Shown: positions 40,888-54,196, counted from the first letter of the whole stretch. The stretch is DNA of 61,211 bases, filler included, from Streblomastix strix (GCA_008636045.1; 3 parts of 3 records of this genome joined end to end with filler, not necessarily neighbours in it); one strand, 5' to 3'. Translations and numbers: made by a program. The notes: generated from the sequence alone by a model not told the origin.

Positions 40888-42857
40888 CTTTCTTCTTTTA
40901 TTTCTCTTTTTCTTCTTCTTCTTTCTTTCTTTCTTTCTCTTTTTCTTTTTCTTTTTCTTTATCTTTATCCTTATCTTTATCTTTCTCTTTATCCTTATCT
41001 TTATCTTTATCTTTATCTTTATCTTTATCTTTATCTTTATCTTTATCTTTATCTTTATCTTTATCTTTATCTTTATCTTTATCTTTATCTTTAGTTTTTA
41101 ATTTCTCTTTTTCTGTTTCTTTATTTTTATTGTCTTTGCTTTTATCTCTTTTTTCATCTTTTTCTTATTCTTTCTCCAAAGATCTTTTCTTCTCAACTTC
41201 CTGATTGTCTAATTTGTCTAATTTCTCTTCAGCTCTTCCTTCAGTGGCTTTAAATGTAGGTGGTTCAAGAAGAAGAGGTATTTCAACACAAATTCCTCCA
41301 ATAACAGCTAAAAGAATCTAAGTTATCCTGAGACCCAACGCAACAATCACTCCATTATATTATGTAAGATCCTCTGAATATGAATCTTCTCCCTTTTCAC
41401 TGAAATCTCCATAGTTCAATTATACAGATAAAGGAACTTTGGAAAATGCTTTATTTGCTATTTCTTCATTAATTAATGATACTATTGGTCTTCGATGTGA
41501 TTTGTTCTTCTATGTTATAAAATGATACAATAAACGTACTATTCTAAGTTAAGTTGAAACAGGGAGGGCTTTATGTGGATTCTTCTTAATCAAAGGTCCA
41601 TGTTCTCTTCTTTTATTTGTTTAATCAGTTTAATCTTATTATATTTAATTATATTATTGAGTATTTTCACTTCCTGTCTCTCCTTAACTCTTTGAACTAT
41701 CATCTAATAATATTTATTATGCATCACGATCTTAATACTCTTCAATAGAATATGATAAGTCAAGTGTTGACTATGAAGCATCTGGAATACGAACATATTT
41801 TGCTCTTTACCTCAACTTAGCTTCTGCAGGTTGCAGTGAAAATGGAGTATTAATCAACAATGAGATTATTGAGCTGAGGCCTCCAGTATCAACAAATCTT
41901 TATTTCCACTCTTGTGCTTCACGTTTTATCTTTGAAGATGCTCTTCTAAGAAGTGGACTTATGAGTTATTCAACAACTAATAGACCATGATCTACTTATT
42001 CTTTCCAACATGGCATACAACTACAACATTCACATCTGGTTTCATTTCCTTCTGGAAGTACTGCACTGCACAATGACCGTCTCTCTGGTATTATACCACT
42101 TGGAAATACAATAGACCAATCTGTTCCTGTTGCTGATAATTGTATTATCTTACTTGCATTTTAAAACAATTTAGATACTTATGTTTTCCCATCTTATCTA
42201 TTACTAATATTTTTAGTTATTTCTTTAATATTATGTCCAATAACTGCACCATCCTATTTAAATGCAGTTATTAATAATCCTTTTTTAACATCATCAACTG
42301 TTACCTTCCTTCCTCTTAAAAAAATACCTGTAGCTGTTTCAGTCTTTTTTTGATGATCCAATGGTTTCTCAATATGAAGCTTCTCAAAATGAATATTTGA
42401 GCGATTATCTTTTATTTAGTATCCACTGCTTCTATTGCTACTTCTGCTGTTATCTATCGATAGTGGCTATGAATGAGTAGTCGATCTGCTTCGTTAATAT
42501 TGTTTTTGATCGAGATTTTGTGATATACTGTCGCTTTTCTCACCTTCCAGACTCCCTCTTGAATCTGTCAACTTAGAACTTGTTCTGCTTTATGAATATG
42601 TATCAAAGCTCCTTGCACCAGATTAATTTTCATCCTCTGAAGCATTGAAGTAGAAATTAATAAAAATTAAGTGAATAAGAATAAAAAAATAATTCAAACA
42701 CTCATCTATATCTAATTCCCTGCCAAAAACAAAAATTGGAAATAATATGTGTGTTAAATAGAATCTAATGAATAGAAAATATTGGGACAAACTCACTAGG
42801 AACCTATGTTAGCGGGATTTCTATAATATTTTATTAATCGAACGGATAATTGTTCAT
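40888..42857 (-). CDS. hypothetical protein with (KD)n tract, 3'-truncated
   Basis: ATG 42857, two short exons, then a long open frame including RCECCSCMPCW; the (ATCTTT)n repeat at ~40960-41092 encodes DKDKDK. Confidence 0.7.
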
Positions 42858-43423
42858 TTTCGTCGTATATATTAACTAATATACCAAATAAATAAAATTA
42901 AAAATACAAATGTTACATTTTAAATATAAATACATTTATTCTAATATATAACAAAGATTAATTTATATGAAATTGAAGTTTTTTTGGTTTTGTATTTTAG
43001 TTTATTTTGTTTCTTATATACGCTAAGTTTATCAAAATAAAACACCAATAATTGTATAGGATTTGTAAACTACAATAAAATAATCAATGATATGTTAAGA
43101 CATACTGATCCATAAGATCAGTTTAGTGAGAATTAATATAACAAGAGCAGCAGTAAGAGCAGAAATAAAAAGCATAATAAATTTTGAAAGGCTAATTAAT
43201 ATACCTAAATCAAAATACAAATTAGATCAGTAGGATCAATAGATCAATAAATGTTGATAGTGGAAAAATACCATAAAGATTTTTTAATTTTCATAGATCA
43301 TTAATTAAAATGCATTAAACAAAGTGCATAATTAGAAAATATATAAATTACTGTTGCTTATATTGTAAAAACACTCAAAAAGACTAGTAAAAACTATTAG
43401 GATTGAATGTAAAACGAAAAGCC

Positions 43424-44499
43424 TCATTTTGCCTTTGCTGCTTCATCTCTAATCCATTCTAAATGCTAAAGTGGTGTATCGATAGGAAGTGAGCAATCAG
43501 CACCAACAATAATCCCTCTTTTTCCTGTTTAGTTCAAGATTGAAACAGTCTCAGATCTTATTTCCTAAACAATTTTTTAAACGTTAATTTATTCAAATAA
43601 ATCATTAAACATACCTATTCACTCCCTATTTTTATAAGACAGTTCTATCCATTTGCAAAACCACCTATTATGCATCGATTCTTGAAGATATCTCTGCCTT
43701 ATGGAATTTTTATGTCTTCAACATGTGATGCCCAATTCACAATTTTAGATTCATAGTCTTTAAACTCTGAAATCGAATTCCTAACGCTGTCATAGCCGCA
43801 GATATGAAGAATATTATAGCCATTTGCCTTATTTGCTGCATCTAAGGCAATCAAGTCACTTGGTTTTATGATTTTTCTATAAGTTTCATCACTAACGCGA
43901 TTTATATCTGGGTTCTGAACCGAATAATACATTCCATCAACTTTTCCTTCATTTATTGCACATTTTGCCAACACAGCTAATCCTTCTCCAATGCGCATCA
44001 ATGCTTGTGAGAGTAATTCTGGATCTGTTGTGATAAATTCAATGATTTTCTCTAATCCAACAAGCCAACGAAGAGTGTTAATAGGACTAAAAAGATTGTA
44101 GAAATACATGGTATCCGGCTATATTGACACTACTTATCGTACGTACTCGACTTATTTCCTGATCCATGGATGATTTGGTTCAATTGGTTACAGACGTTAA
44201 AGATCTTCAATCTTCAGTATTTCACTTTAATCACCTTGAAGTGGATAAAAGAAGAATCCATCACTCATTATCTTCACAAGATCTGGCTTAAACCGTTCAA
44301 TAAAATTCTTCTATCCTATAAACAGCTTTTCAGTTAGAGTCGGATCCTTGAGCGCATTTATCTTTGTTTCATCATGTAGAAAGTGAAACCAAAAAGCCAC
44401 TGGTATTCGATCCACAGGTTTGTTCTCTATTACATCCAGAATTAATTACCTCCTAGAAATTTTATCGTATTTCTAGCCGATTTGAAGATCAGAACTCAT
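43424..44499 (-). CDS. uroporphyrinogen decarboxylase (URO-D/MtbA-like) family protein of bacterial type
   Basis: DRIPVAFWFHF, FKPDLVKIMSDGFFYP, FYNLFSP, ILHICG, VNWA, CIIGGF and IIVGADCSLP; one 50-nt intron 43565-43614. Confidence 0.9.
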
Positions 44500-44972
44500 T
44501 TCTAATAAAAATAAATAGACATAAAATCAAAAAATCAAGTCATATTTAATATATGTATGGTTAATAAGTTTAAATATATGGTTGGCATAAACGGCAAATA
44601 GACAGCTGATTTCAAAGGCGTGCCCTAAATTAAAATAATCGTATTGTTGAGTAGATTCTGAATTTGTAGTCATAAAGTTGGAGAAACGTAATTTCAGGGC
44701 AAGACGGACATTTTTGTGAATTTTAAGTTTTCTTTGAAATTGCTGGATCATTGAGTAAATTAGTTAAATTCTTGTATATATTTGTTTGTTAATGCATATA
44801 TTTGTATATGGATCAATTTATATAACATTTGATGAGTTATAGAGTGCGTATGCAGCGTTTATTAACAAAAAATTTAAAAAACTGAAATACAGCCTTATTT
44901 TAGATTAATTGTATGGTTTTCGTCAAATGACTAATCAAAATAGAATTATATTGACAGTTTCTTGTATTAATA

Positions 44973-45080
44973 TTTGGGTTAGGCGTAAGGTACCCACTTG
45001 GCCTATTCTTAGTGTTGTCTTGATAGAAGTTTGGGTTAGGCGTTAGGTCCCCACGTAGTCTATTATTAATATTATCCAAA
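44973..45080. repeat. two ~57-bp tandem units with GC-rich, self-complementary cores
   Basis: TTTGGGTTAGGCGTAAGGTACCCACTTGGCCTATT and TTTGGGTTAGGCGTTAGGTCCCCACGTAGTCTATT. Confidence 0.8.
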
Positions 45081-45374
45081 TTAAAAATTATCTATTTTAT
45101 TATTATAATTTTCAATAGTATTCATCTCAATTTGTAATTGCATTTTTTAATAATTTACTTCAAGTTGATTTATACGAGCATATGCCTGCACATTTACAAA
45201 TTTGGTCTTTATTTTATCTGGATACTTATCATAGTATACAATAATTTAGCTAATTTACATAATGAACCAATCATTCAAAATATAGCTCAAAATTTATGAA
45301 AATGCCAGTCAAGCTCAATCAATGAATAGAGAAGTCAAAATATATAATTTTTCTTTTCCGTTTTTTCAGCACCG

Positions 45375-46735
45375 ATGGCGGGATTGCTTGGACTTTGTTA
45401 TCTTTGTAAAGAGAAGCCTGCTGTTGCCTACATCCGAGAATAGGACTATGCTTGCTTGTTTGCTCACCTATTTTTGTGGATTATATTGATTTTTTAATTT
45501 TTTAGAGATTGTTTCTTCGAGCGCTTTAGGCATACTTTCAGATATAGTACAGCATTAGCAGGTAGACTTGCCCAGAATGCTCAAACAATTGTAATTTATG
45601 ATGGTTCTATTTCATCAAGGTCTGATTTTACTATTTATTTTCAGTTTATTATTCTTGACAATATCATAAACTTAGATCGGTTATTCATTTATGTCTTGAA
45701 ATAAAATCCAAGATTTTTCGTAGGAGATTTGCTTTTAATCCATCAATCTTAGATATTTCAGCGCTACCAAGAGATCATACTAATAGAATAATTGATCATG
45801 CCTCTGCTGATTAATTTATTAGTTTGATATTGCAAACAAATAAAATAGCTGTAATCAAAATAGGAATCGAGGAATGTTAAGAAGTATTGACAAAGATTTC
45901 AGGCTGTGTTGAATAGCGCCATGAAATTGATCAAATAATACATAGAATTGCTGAAAATTATGCAAAAACAAACTAATTTTAGTTTATAATCCATCCTTAG
46001 AGTTCAACTGATCATGCTCATGAAATTGTGGAATCTGCATGTCTTGGTGTTCATATTGGCCTTGCTCTACAAACACCTCCTCAGCATGAAGACATGAAAA
46101 CTGATTTTGCTGATGAAAATAAATAAGATGAACATTTTGATAAAAAAGAAAGAAAATCGACAGACAAAGACAAAGAAGGAAGTTTTGACGATATCAAAAA
46201 TTTAGAAGTTGTAGAACCAACAATTATATTTCCTATGTGGAATGTTCAAGAGCATGAAATCATTTTTTATTTGCAACATCGAATTGAAGTTGATATTCAA
46301 AGATTGGGGAGAAAAGAGAAAAAAAAGAAGAAACTGATTAAAAAACTTGAAAAGAAGAAAGAAATCATAAAATAACCAGATGATTAGAATTTATTAGAAG
46401 ATGAATAAGTAGATGAGAAAGCAGAAGAATAACACATAGAATAAAATATATCTAAGGACTCGGATGAACAGAGAATTAGTAATGAATTAGCACAACTGGA
46501 TATACGAGAGATATAAGCATAATAATCTACTTCAAATTCTTCGCAAACTCCTTCTAAAAGTGATGCCTTTTAAACTGCCATAAATAGTATGAAATAAATT
46601 ATGATACTTCTTTCTAATTTTATTCTTCATAATTTTTTTTATATCTCAGATTTATTTGTAAGATTGAAAGAAGAAGGATTTATTCAGGCTGTTGATACAC
46701 TTCTTGCCACTGAACGAAAACTTTAATCAAAATGA
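45375..46735 (+). CDS. CTU2: cytoplasmic tRNA 2-thiolation protein 2 (CTU2/Ncs2)-like
   Basis: N-terminal CYLCKEKPAVAYIREQDYACLDCF...HTFR, degenerate PP-loop IVIYDGSISS, SSTDHAHEIVESACLG, IIFPMWNVQEHEIIFY and AVDTLLATERKL; three introns. Confidence 0.75.
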
Positions 46736-46893
46736 TAAAATTTGCAATAAAACTTGGATCCTTACATAATAATATTTATATTTTATTCCTCTAATAAAAA
46801 AATAAAAAATTTGAATGAAATTATTAGTTTTATGGAGAAAAGTAATAATTATTATACGTGTATGATAAATGCAGAATTTAGAGGTCTACTTCA

Positions 46894-48903
46894 TCACAGG
46901 TAAGCAACAATTACTGAAATGTTGTCAGTGCTTCCTGTCAAGAAAGCCTGGTCTATTAATTTCAATGAAGCCTAAACAGGATCTGAATCTGTAGCTACAA
47001 TCTAACAAGCAAGATCATCACTAAGCACATCCCATACTCCATCACAAGCAAGAATAATAAATTCATCTCCTGGTGATACATTAGTAACAGTTAGATAAGG
47101 GTCTGCAGTGACATATGGATGAAGGAAGAAATCTCCTAATGAACGTGCAACAGCCAAGATACCAAGGACACGGCGATCTGTAACATGACCACCTAATGCT
47201 CTGATTCTCTCAACTTCTTCAGGAATATCAGCTTTATGATCAAAAGTCAATCTAACTGCTCTTCCTTTACGACTCAATACTATTCGTGTATCTCCTGCAT
47301 TTGCACAGTATATTTTATCACCTGTAAGAAGACACACTGCTCCAGTTGTACCATCATTAATGTCATATCTGTTCATTTATTGATTTGTTTCTAGAAAGGC
47401 TTCTCTTAATGCAACATTTGGAGGCTGACCTGCATCAAGACGTGCAGCAATGATTGGAGGCATATTCTCTGCACAAAATTCAGATGCATCTCTTCCACCA
47501 TGACCATCAAATACAGCAAGAAGATCTTCATCTGGTCGACCTCTGAAGTTACGTTTAATTACAATCATATCCTCCATTGTTAATCTACGTCCAATTGTAT
47601 CTGCATATCCAACTCTAAGCTTCCTCTGTCTTCTTAAATTAGCGTGTCTCTATTAACCTGGAAGAAGGAATGGTAGTTCAAATGGTCCAAACATTGCAGC
47701 CAACCAACGAGCAGCCTGTTACAATATAACTCTAGATGGCATTCTCACTCCAGTTAGATTTGTATTAGCAAGAAGATCTTCAGAAGAAGGACTGCTTGTG
47801 AATTAGCCATGATTAGTAGCATCTGTTCCAGGAGGTGCATTCTCTCCACTTCCTTTCTATCCAGGTGTTATCCAATAGAGACGAGTTCCTCCTTCTGTTG
47901 TCTCTTCTTCTGCTATTAAGTTCTTTGACATTGCTTGCTACCAGAATTCTTCCATAATCTTATTCAATGCATATGAGACTGCATTATTACGTTCAAGGAT
48001 TCGTTCTATGGCAACTAAATGATTGTTTGGTATGGGATTCTGGGATACATCAACTTATCGAAGTGAAGTGTTTTATTGCAATGCTAATACTAACTATTAT
48101 GATCCTTCCATTCCAATGTGATTAGCTGAGAGATCAACATATCCCAATCTATGATTCTCAGGGATGTTAGAAGCTATATGACATGCACCTTCATCTCCCA
48201 TTTCAAGGTGAGATAGTCCAAGTTTGAAGAGAGTTCGGTTCAAGCGAAATGCTATAGAAAGATGCATGACACCCTCCATTTTCCCAGGGTTGAAACTCAA
48301 GTTTAGAGTTGTAAGTGTTTTGTTTGCGCGAAGAGATTATCCCAGTAAAATAAAGCCTGCTTACCCAATTTTGTTGTGCGATAAATCAAGCTGTATAAAA
48401 GTAGAATTAGTAATAATTAAATAGAAAATTTTAAAAACGAACTTTTCGAAGAAAGTGCTTCTCTTTCAGCATATCAGAAACAACATTCACTGCATCATCG
48501 GCCAACCCGCAGTTTTGTAGAGTAAGTTCACAAATACTTTTAGTATTTTCCATCCCATTCAATATGCACGCAAGACATAGTGAGTTTAAGCGTATTTTTG
48601 CGAATAGAACAGGAAGAACAGAGGATTTAACACTTACAGCTGTCAATTGCTCGCCCAATTATGGAAGAAATTCAGAAACTTTCTCCGTTGGCTCCTCCTA
48701 AATTAATGAGCGATATTTTCGAGCTATATTCGCATAGAATGTCTCAGCACTAGAGTTCTAAAACACCAGCGAACTACTCCCGCATCCCCTTATGATAGAA
48801 AAGAAAGAAATTATAAAATTATTGTTATTCTAGTTTGCCCCTTATTATTTATGGATTAATATATTTAAAAAAATATTATATGTGAAAAGAAATAATAATA
48901 CAT
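46894..48903 (-). CDS. N-acylated LRR (RNI-like) plus PP2C/PPM Ser/Thr phosphatase
   Basis: MGCGSSS start, LRRs, then RLTMED, AVFDGHGG, ANAGDTR, LAVARSLGD, LACDGVWD and STDNISV; introns 48789-48901 and ~48392-48440. Confidence 0.92.
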
Positions 48904-49165
48904 ATATAGGGCGAGGGTAGGGCTGAGGAGTTTAAGAAAAAACTCAACAAAAACTTAATAAATTTTTGTTTGATAATCAAATTTATTCATATTTAAATTA
49001 ATTTTAAAATAACTGTTTAATTTTAACATATTTTTGTTGCAAAAATTATTGTATAATGGGAGATATTTATTTGGAAATAAATGTAGAGACTTTTCAAATT
49101 CACTATTCATCAGCTATGACAAACTCAATCTAACCCTGCTTATTAATTATTCTGATGGTCGAAGT

Positions 49166-50240
49166 TCATATATTAATATTGAAATCTGGTTGACTTTCTT
49201 CTTAATGATTCAAGTTCTCTTTAATCTCTTCATCTGACTATATATTTCTATTATTTCCCTGTTTGCTGAATTTAACTTTTATTGTTTTCTTCACTGAATT
49301 ATTTTGATTGACTTATGCATCTTTTTGTACTTCAACTTGTCCAAAAAACTGTCCAAGTGAAATATTTTGTACTATTACTTCTCCTTGTGCATCCTCCTTC
49401 ATAGAGATCGATTTATCGTCTCTTGGAAGTTTTTCTTTTGGTGGTTCAGGAGTTTTTGGCTTTGTAGATTCAGATATTTTTGGCTTTGGAGGAGGAGATT
49501 GTGGTTTTATGAGTGGTACTGCAGGTTTCAAACCTGGAGGGAGTACAATAATTCTTGACTATTTTGTGGTATTTGGCAGATAAATGGAATATTATTATAA
49601 CTGATAGTTCTAAACTGGCTAAATTTGAGGTGGTTGATTACAGATTAGTGGATATGTAGGTATTGTTGTTTGAAGATAGTTTTATAGTGCACCATATATA
49701 TTTTAATTGAAGTTCATATTATAATTTCCTTGTGGAGTTGTCTAATTGTTTGTCAATGGAATTATTGGATAATTTGATTGACATCCAGATTATTATAAAT
49801 AAATGAGAGGATATATTGTCTGTAGAGGCGGATTCTACTGATTAACTGTTGGTGTATTTTGCTGATAATATTGACCCTGCGTCTGTGGTTGAATTGTCTG
49901 ACTTTGTTATGATGGATAAATTGGAGTTTGAACTTGTGAAACTATGGAAATTATCTTTTGTTATGTGATTGAATATTTTTCAAATAATTCTCCTACAATC
50001 ATTTAAATAATAATAAATAATAAAAATAATAAATAAATAATTATAAATAAATGTTTTACATAATAAACACACTGGATAAAGTAAATACAACATTTGCTGG
50101 TAGCAATGGTCTTCCAGTAATTGTATGGAGCAATCAGAACAGATATTTGGATAGGTTGCTTTGTGCCGGATTAATTAATAGGAATTATTGTTATGAATAA
50201 TTGTAATGATTTTAAAATTCTCAGGCAGGCTTCTTTTTAC
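49166..50240 (-). pseudogene. Pro/Gln-rich gene relic adjoining the viral insertion
   Basis: Long P/Q/Y-rich open stretch (49166-49975) preceded by a TGA-containing Cys-rich exon. Confidence 0.4.
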
Positions 50241-50739
50241 ATCACTACAGATAGCATAAATCTGATGATTTAAGCGATAAGTGTTTACTTATTTTAACTA
50301 ACTTATTTTAACTGACTTATTTTGACTAAACGACTTGGTCGAATCAAGTTTTTACTAGTGAAAATGAAATAATTGTATCGACTAGTTATACGATTCATGA
50401 AATGGATTATTAATTAAAATTTGTGGTGATGAACAGTTACAGAATCGATTATAAACATCATTTTTGGAATCTACGAGTGTGATATGACCTTAGAGTAGTA
50501 TATCAGAGAGATATGAAATTTTAAGTTTTTAATGGGAATTCTGACCCACTATAAAATATTTTTAATTTAATTATATAATCTAATAAAAAGTGAAAAATAT
50601 AAGGAAAAATAAATGTTTTCTAATTGACTTGAGAATAAGTCCTAAGGGTAATGTTGATATGCTGATCATGAATTTGATGTTAAAGTGAGTATTGTAACTG
50701 TTGCTTAAGGTGAATTATGTGAAACAATATGATTGATTA

Positions 50740-51460
50740 ATGGCGTGGATAAATTGAATGAAATGACTATGTCTATTGAACACTCTGATGATTATGCTTG
50801 GAATTGTGGATAAATTGAATGAAATGATCAGGTGTGCAGGTGTGCAGGATAAGACCCCCTAAATTTGACCCCTTGAGCAGAAGTCGGTCGGTCGGTCGGT
50901 AAATGAAATATGTCAGCAAAATGAAATTTAGGACAGAAATTTTGTCCCATTAATGTATGAATGTGATAGTGAAGTGGGTAAATGAAGTGAATTATCCATT
51001 AGGACAAAAGGACGGGACGGGACAAAAATTTTTGAGTCCGACGAAAACTGGTGACATATCGACATATTGACATATTTGATGTAACGTGACACTAATATTT
51101 ACTAGTAAATGAAGTGGATAAATGAGATAAACAATCCATTCCATAAACTGTTACGCTGTCACGCTTACACCCAAACTCCTATAAAAAGGGGTAGGTGGCA
51201 AGTGGCAGTGGCAATTTAATTGATTCTTATAATTAGTGAATTTGTAGATAATATTAGAATTATGGAGAAATTGAATGCAATGACCATACCAATAAATATG
51301 GCAGACAAATTGGCAATAAGACAAAAATTCTGTCTCATGTTAGTGCGTATGTGCTAGCGCTGTGGGTGAATTGAATAATTATCCTTATAAGTCAAAAGAC
51401 AAGACAAGACAAAAATTTTAACTCCTGAGAATTTAATCTGCCATTGCCATATGACATAAA
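50740..51460. repeat. array of homologous iteron-like modules (putative replication-origin region)
   Basis: Recurring GTGG(A/G)TAAAT(T)GAA core alternating with short repeated motifs GGTGTGCA, GTCG, GGGAC, GACATAT, GT(T/C)ACGC, GTGGCA and AAGAC. Confidence 0.7.
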
Positions 51461-51515
51461 TTAAATAAAAAATAATGTTTAATCAATCTATTTGAACTTT
51501 TTATCCGTAAGCAAA

Positions 51516-54167
51516 ATGACAACAGTAGAATCCTCAAGCATCAAATCAAACTCAAATGAATCCATAAACGTTAAATATGAGACACTCGAAAAAGGTCCAA
51601 CGCGTAAGTATAATCGTAAATCGAAAGCCAATAACAAGGCAAAAGCATTGATTGATTAAATGATTAAGGAACAAACCATTGAATAACCTAATGATTAACC
51701 TAGTGAATAACCTATATCTTATTTATTAAATTCTGAAGGATGTATTGAAGTAAGACTTGAAAAGTAATAAGAAGTATATAGATTAGAGAAGTTATAGAAA
51801 CAAGCAGAATAAGTATAAAATGATAAAGCATAAATAGATTAACTTCTAGATGTATTGTATCCGATATTTGAATAACATTACTAAGAATTCTAGAATAAAA
51901 CTATTAGCGAAAGAGTTAAAAAAGCTATGATTATCACAGTAAATTATACTAAGATAGGCTAGTAAGAAGATTAGAAAAAATAAGTAACAGGCAAATTAAT
52001 TGATTTAACTCTCGTCGAAGATGGTGATTTTTGTGTAATTGATTTTGATATTAATCATGAACTACCAAAAGAGAAGATTGATGAGATACGCTAGAATATA
52101 ATCGATAACATGCTCCCTATTAATGTTGGATTAGTTAAACAGCACATGGTGGATTACATGCATATTGTAATAGAAGTGGATATATTTTACCTGCAAATCG
52201 ATATGTAAAATGTATTATATTAGATAATATTGAGATTGATATATTTGGATAAATGTTTAAGAATAAAGATTATGCTGATGATCCTGAATAGAAAGAACTT
52301 GTATAGAATCGAGTGGTTGGACCTAATTCATCATTCCGAGAAACGAAAAATAATAAACGAGAGACACTTAAATATGAGACAGTTAATGATTGGGCTAACA
52401 TGACACATATAGCTAATCTAAGAGATATATTGGATAAATGGAATGTCGATATTGAGATATCATATACTGAATACATCGTAAAGAAATAAAAACGAGAATT
52501 TGGATAGCAGATTACAAATGATGGAACTATTGATTAAATGAATGATGAACTTGCATAAGCATGTATTGATGGATTGAAGAATTTAACCATTCATAACTAT
52601 CCATAAGCTATTAATATGGAAGTATCTCTTGTAAGTATATTCTCAGGATTATTTGGAATAATTAATGAATCGATTCGACTATAAGGAATAATGATGCAAA
52701 GAAAAAGGAAAAATAAATCATAATTAATAAGACATTAATACCGAATAAGATTGATTGATCAGATGAATTCATATTACTTGATAAACAAGAGAAAGCTGCT
52801 AATGGAGAATATGAGAATGAAGAATAAATCTTAAAGGATTTAACAAGACTATTAGTATACTACGAAGGTGAAACTGAAGATATATATGCGATTAAAGGAT
52901 ATGATGCTATTTGTGACACATAAGTTTTATATCATAAATTAGAAGGAACAGTCTATAAATAGTTAGATGAAGTGATTATAAATTATAAGAACTAGAAGAA
53001 AGATCCTGAAAATGATAATAAAAATTACTAACAACAAAGCATATCTTCAAGAAATATGCTTCAAAATTTATAAAGAAAGGATGCAAATTCGTTAGTGAAG
53101 ATCTGAAAATCTTCACAGTATTCCAAGGGTATAAATATAAGAAATTAGATACAATCGACTATGAATGTTTATAAATGTACTTCGATTTAATTAAAGATTC
53201 TATTGCTACAGTCGATGAAAGAGTCTATGAATATATTCTTAATTGGATAGCATGGATGATACAAAATCCCGGAAAAAAGTCTAAAGCAGCAATTATATTA
53301 TAAGGTAAACAAAAGATAAGCAAAAATAGATTCACTGATGTTATCGCTGAACTAACAAGTCGATACAGCTGTCCAAATATAACTAACATAGATGAGTTCA
53401 CAGGAAGGTTCAATTCAGTAGTTGAGAATAAGATGTTCGCAGTATTGAATGAGATAATGAATTACAACGATTCTAAGAAAGGTGTTTCAACAGTAATGAA
53501 ATCGATAATTTCAGATTTAACAATAAGAATTAATGAGAAGAATCAACCTAGAAGAACAGCCGAGAATGTTATAAACGTGATATATGTAACAAACGCTGAT
53601 ATGTCAGTTCAATTAGACACAGATGATAGACGTCATTTAGTATGTGCATGTAAAACAGTTCATTAAGTAATTGAAAACATAAAGAAGATGCTGAATATTT
53701 TAAAGAGTTAAATTAAAACTATACATAAGAATTCTATGAGAATTTGATGACTTTCATACTTGAAAGAGATTTTTAATAGTTCAATCCTGCAATAATTCCA
53801 ATGACTGAAGCTAAAAAAATAATCGATGAATGTTAGTCGATCACTAGTAGATGATATAATTATGGAACATTATGAACAGTTCAAATAAAGAATTCCAGTA
53901 GCTCTTGCAAATTAATGTAAACCTTAAAATTGGCAATTAAAGACATATAAGAATGCTTTGGAACATAAATGCTCAACTTCAAGACCATATATTAACGGAG
54001 TGTAAGCAAGAGTATTTGTATTGAACAAAGATTAATAAACATATTACGATAATATGATGACTGAAGAAGATATTGAAGCATTTAATAAAAACTATCAGAA
54101 ATACAATAATTCAATTGAAGATGATAGATTCGTTGATTAAGTGGTATTGAGTATAAAAAAAAGAATG
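51516..54167 (+). pseudogene. PrimPol (AEP)-D5-like SF3 helicase fusion
   Basis: FCVIDFD (~52030-52050) and (T)AHGGLHAYC (~52142); YEYILNWIAWMIQNPG, degenerate Walker A ILQGKQKISKN, GRFNS, Walker B AVLNE, IYVTN and DDRRH; several frameshifts. Confidence 0.88.
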
Positions 54168-54196
54168 AAAATTGAATTTATTTTTGTTCAAAGATT

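Noticed and set aside
43424..44499. Bacterial contamination as the source of the URO-D gene or the fibre genes
   Set aside because: URO-D has an intron and TAR-Gln codons; the fibre genes also use TAR-Gln and share a contig with eukaryotic transposons.
44973..45050. Telomere or telomerase RNA template
   Set aside because: Only ~1.3 repeats of TTAGGG-like sequence per unit, internal position, and no other supporting structure visible.
50805..50813. TGTGGATAA, a perfect bacterial DnaA box
   Set aside because: Only one exact match; sister copies vary (GTGGGTAA) and the context is eukaryotic/viral, so probably coincidental.
50740..51460. CRISPR-like repeat-spacer array
   Set aside because: Repeats are degenerate and irregularly spaced, the intervening segments are internally repetitive and mutually homologous, there are no cas genes, and the context is eukaryotic.
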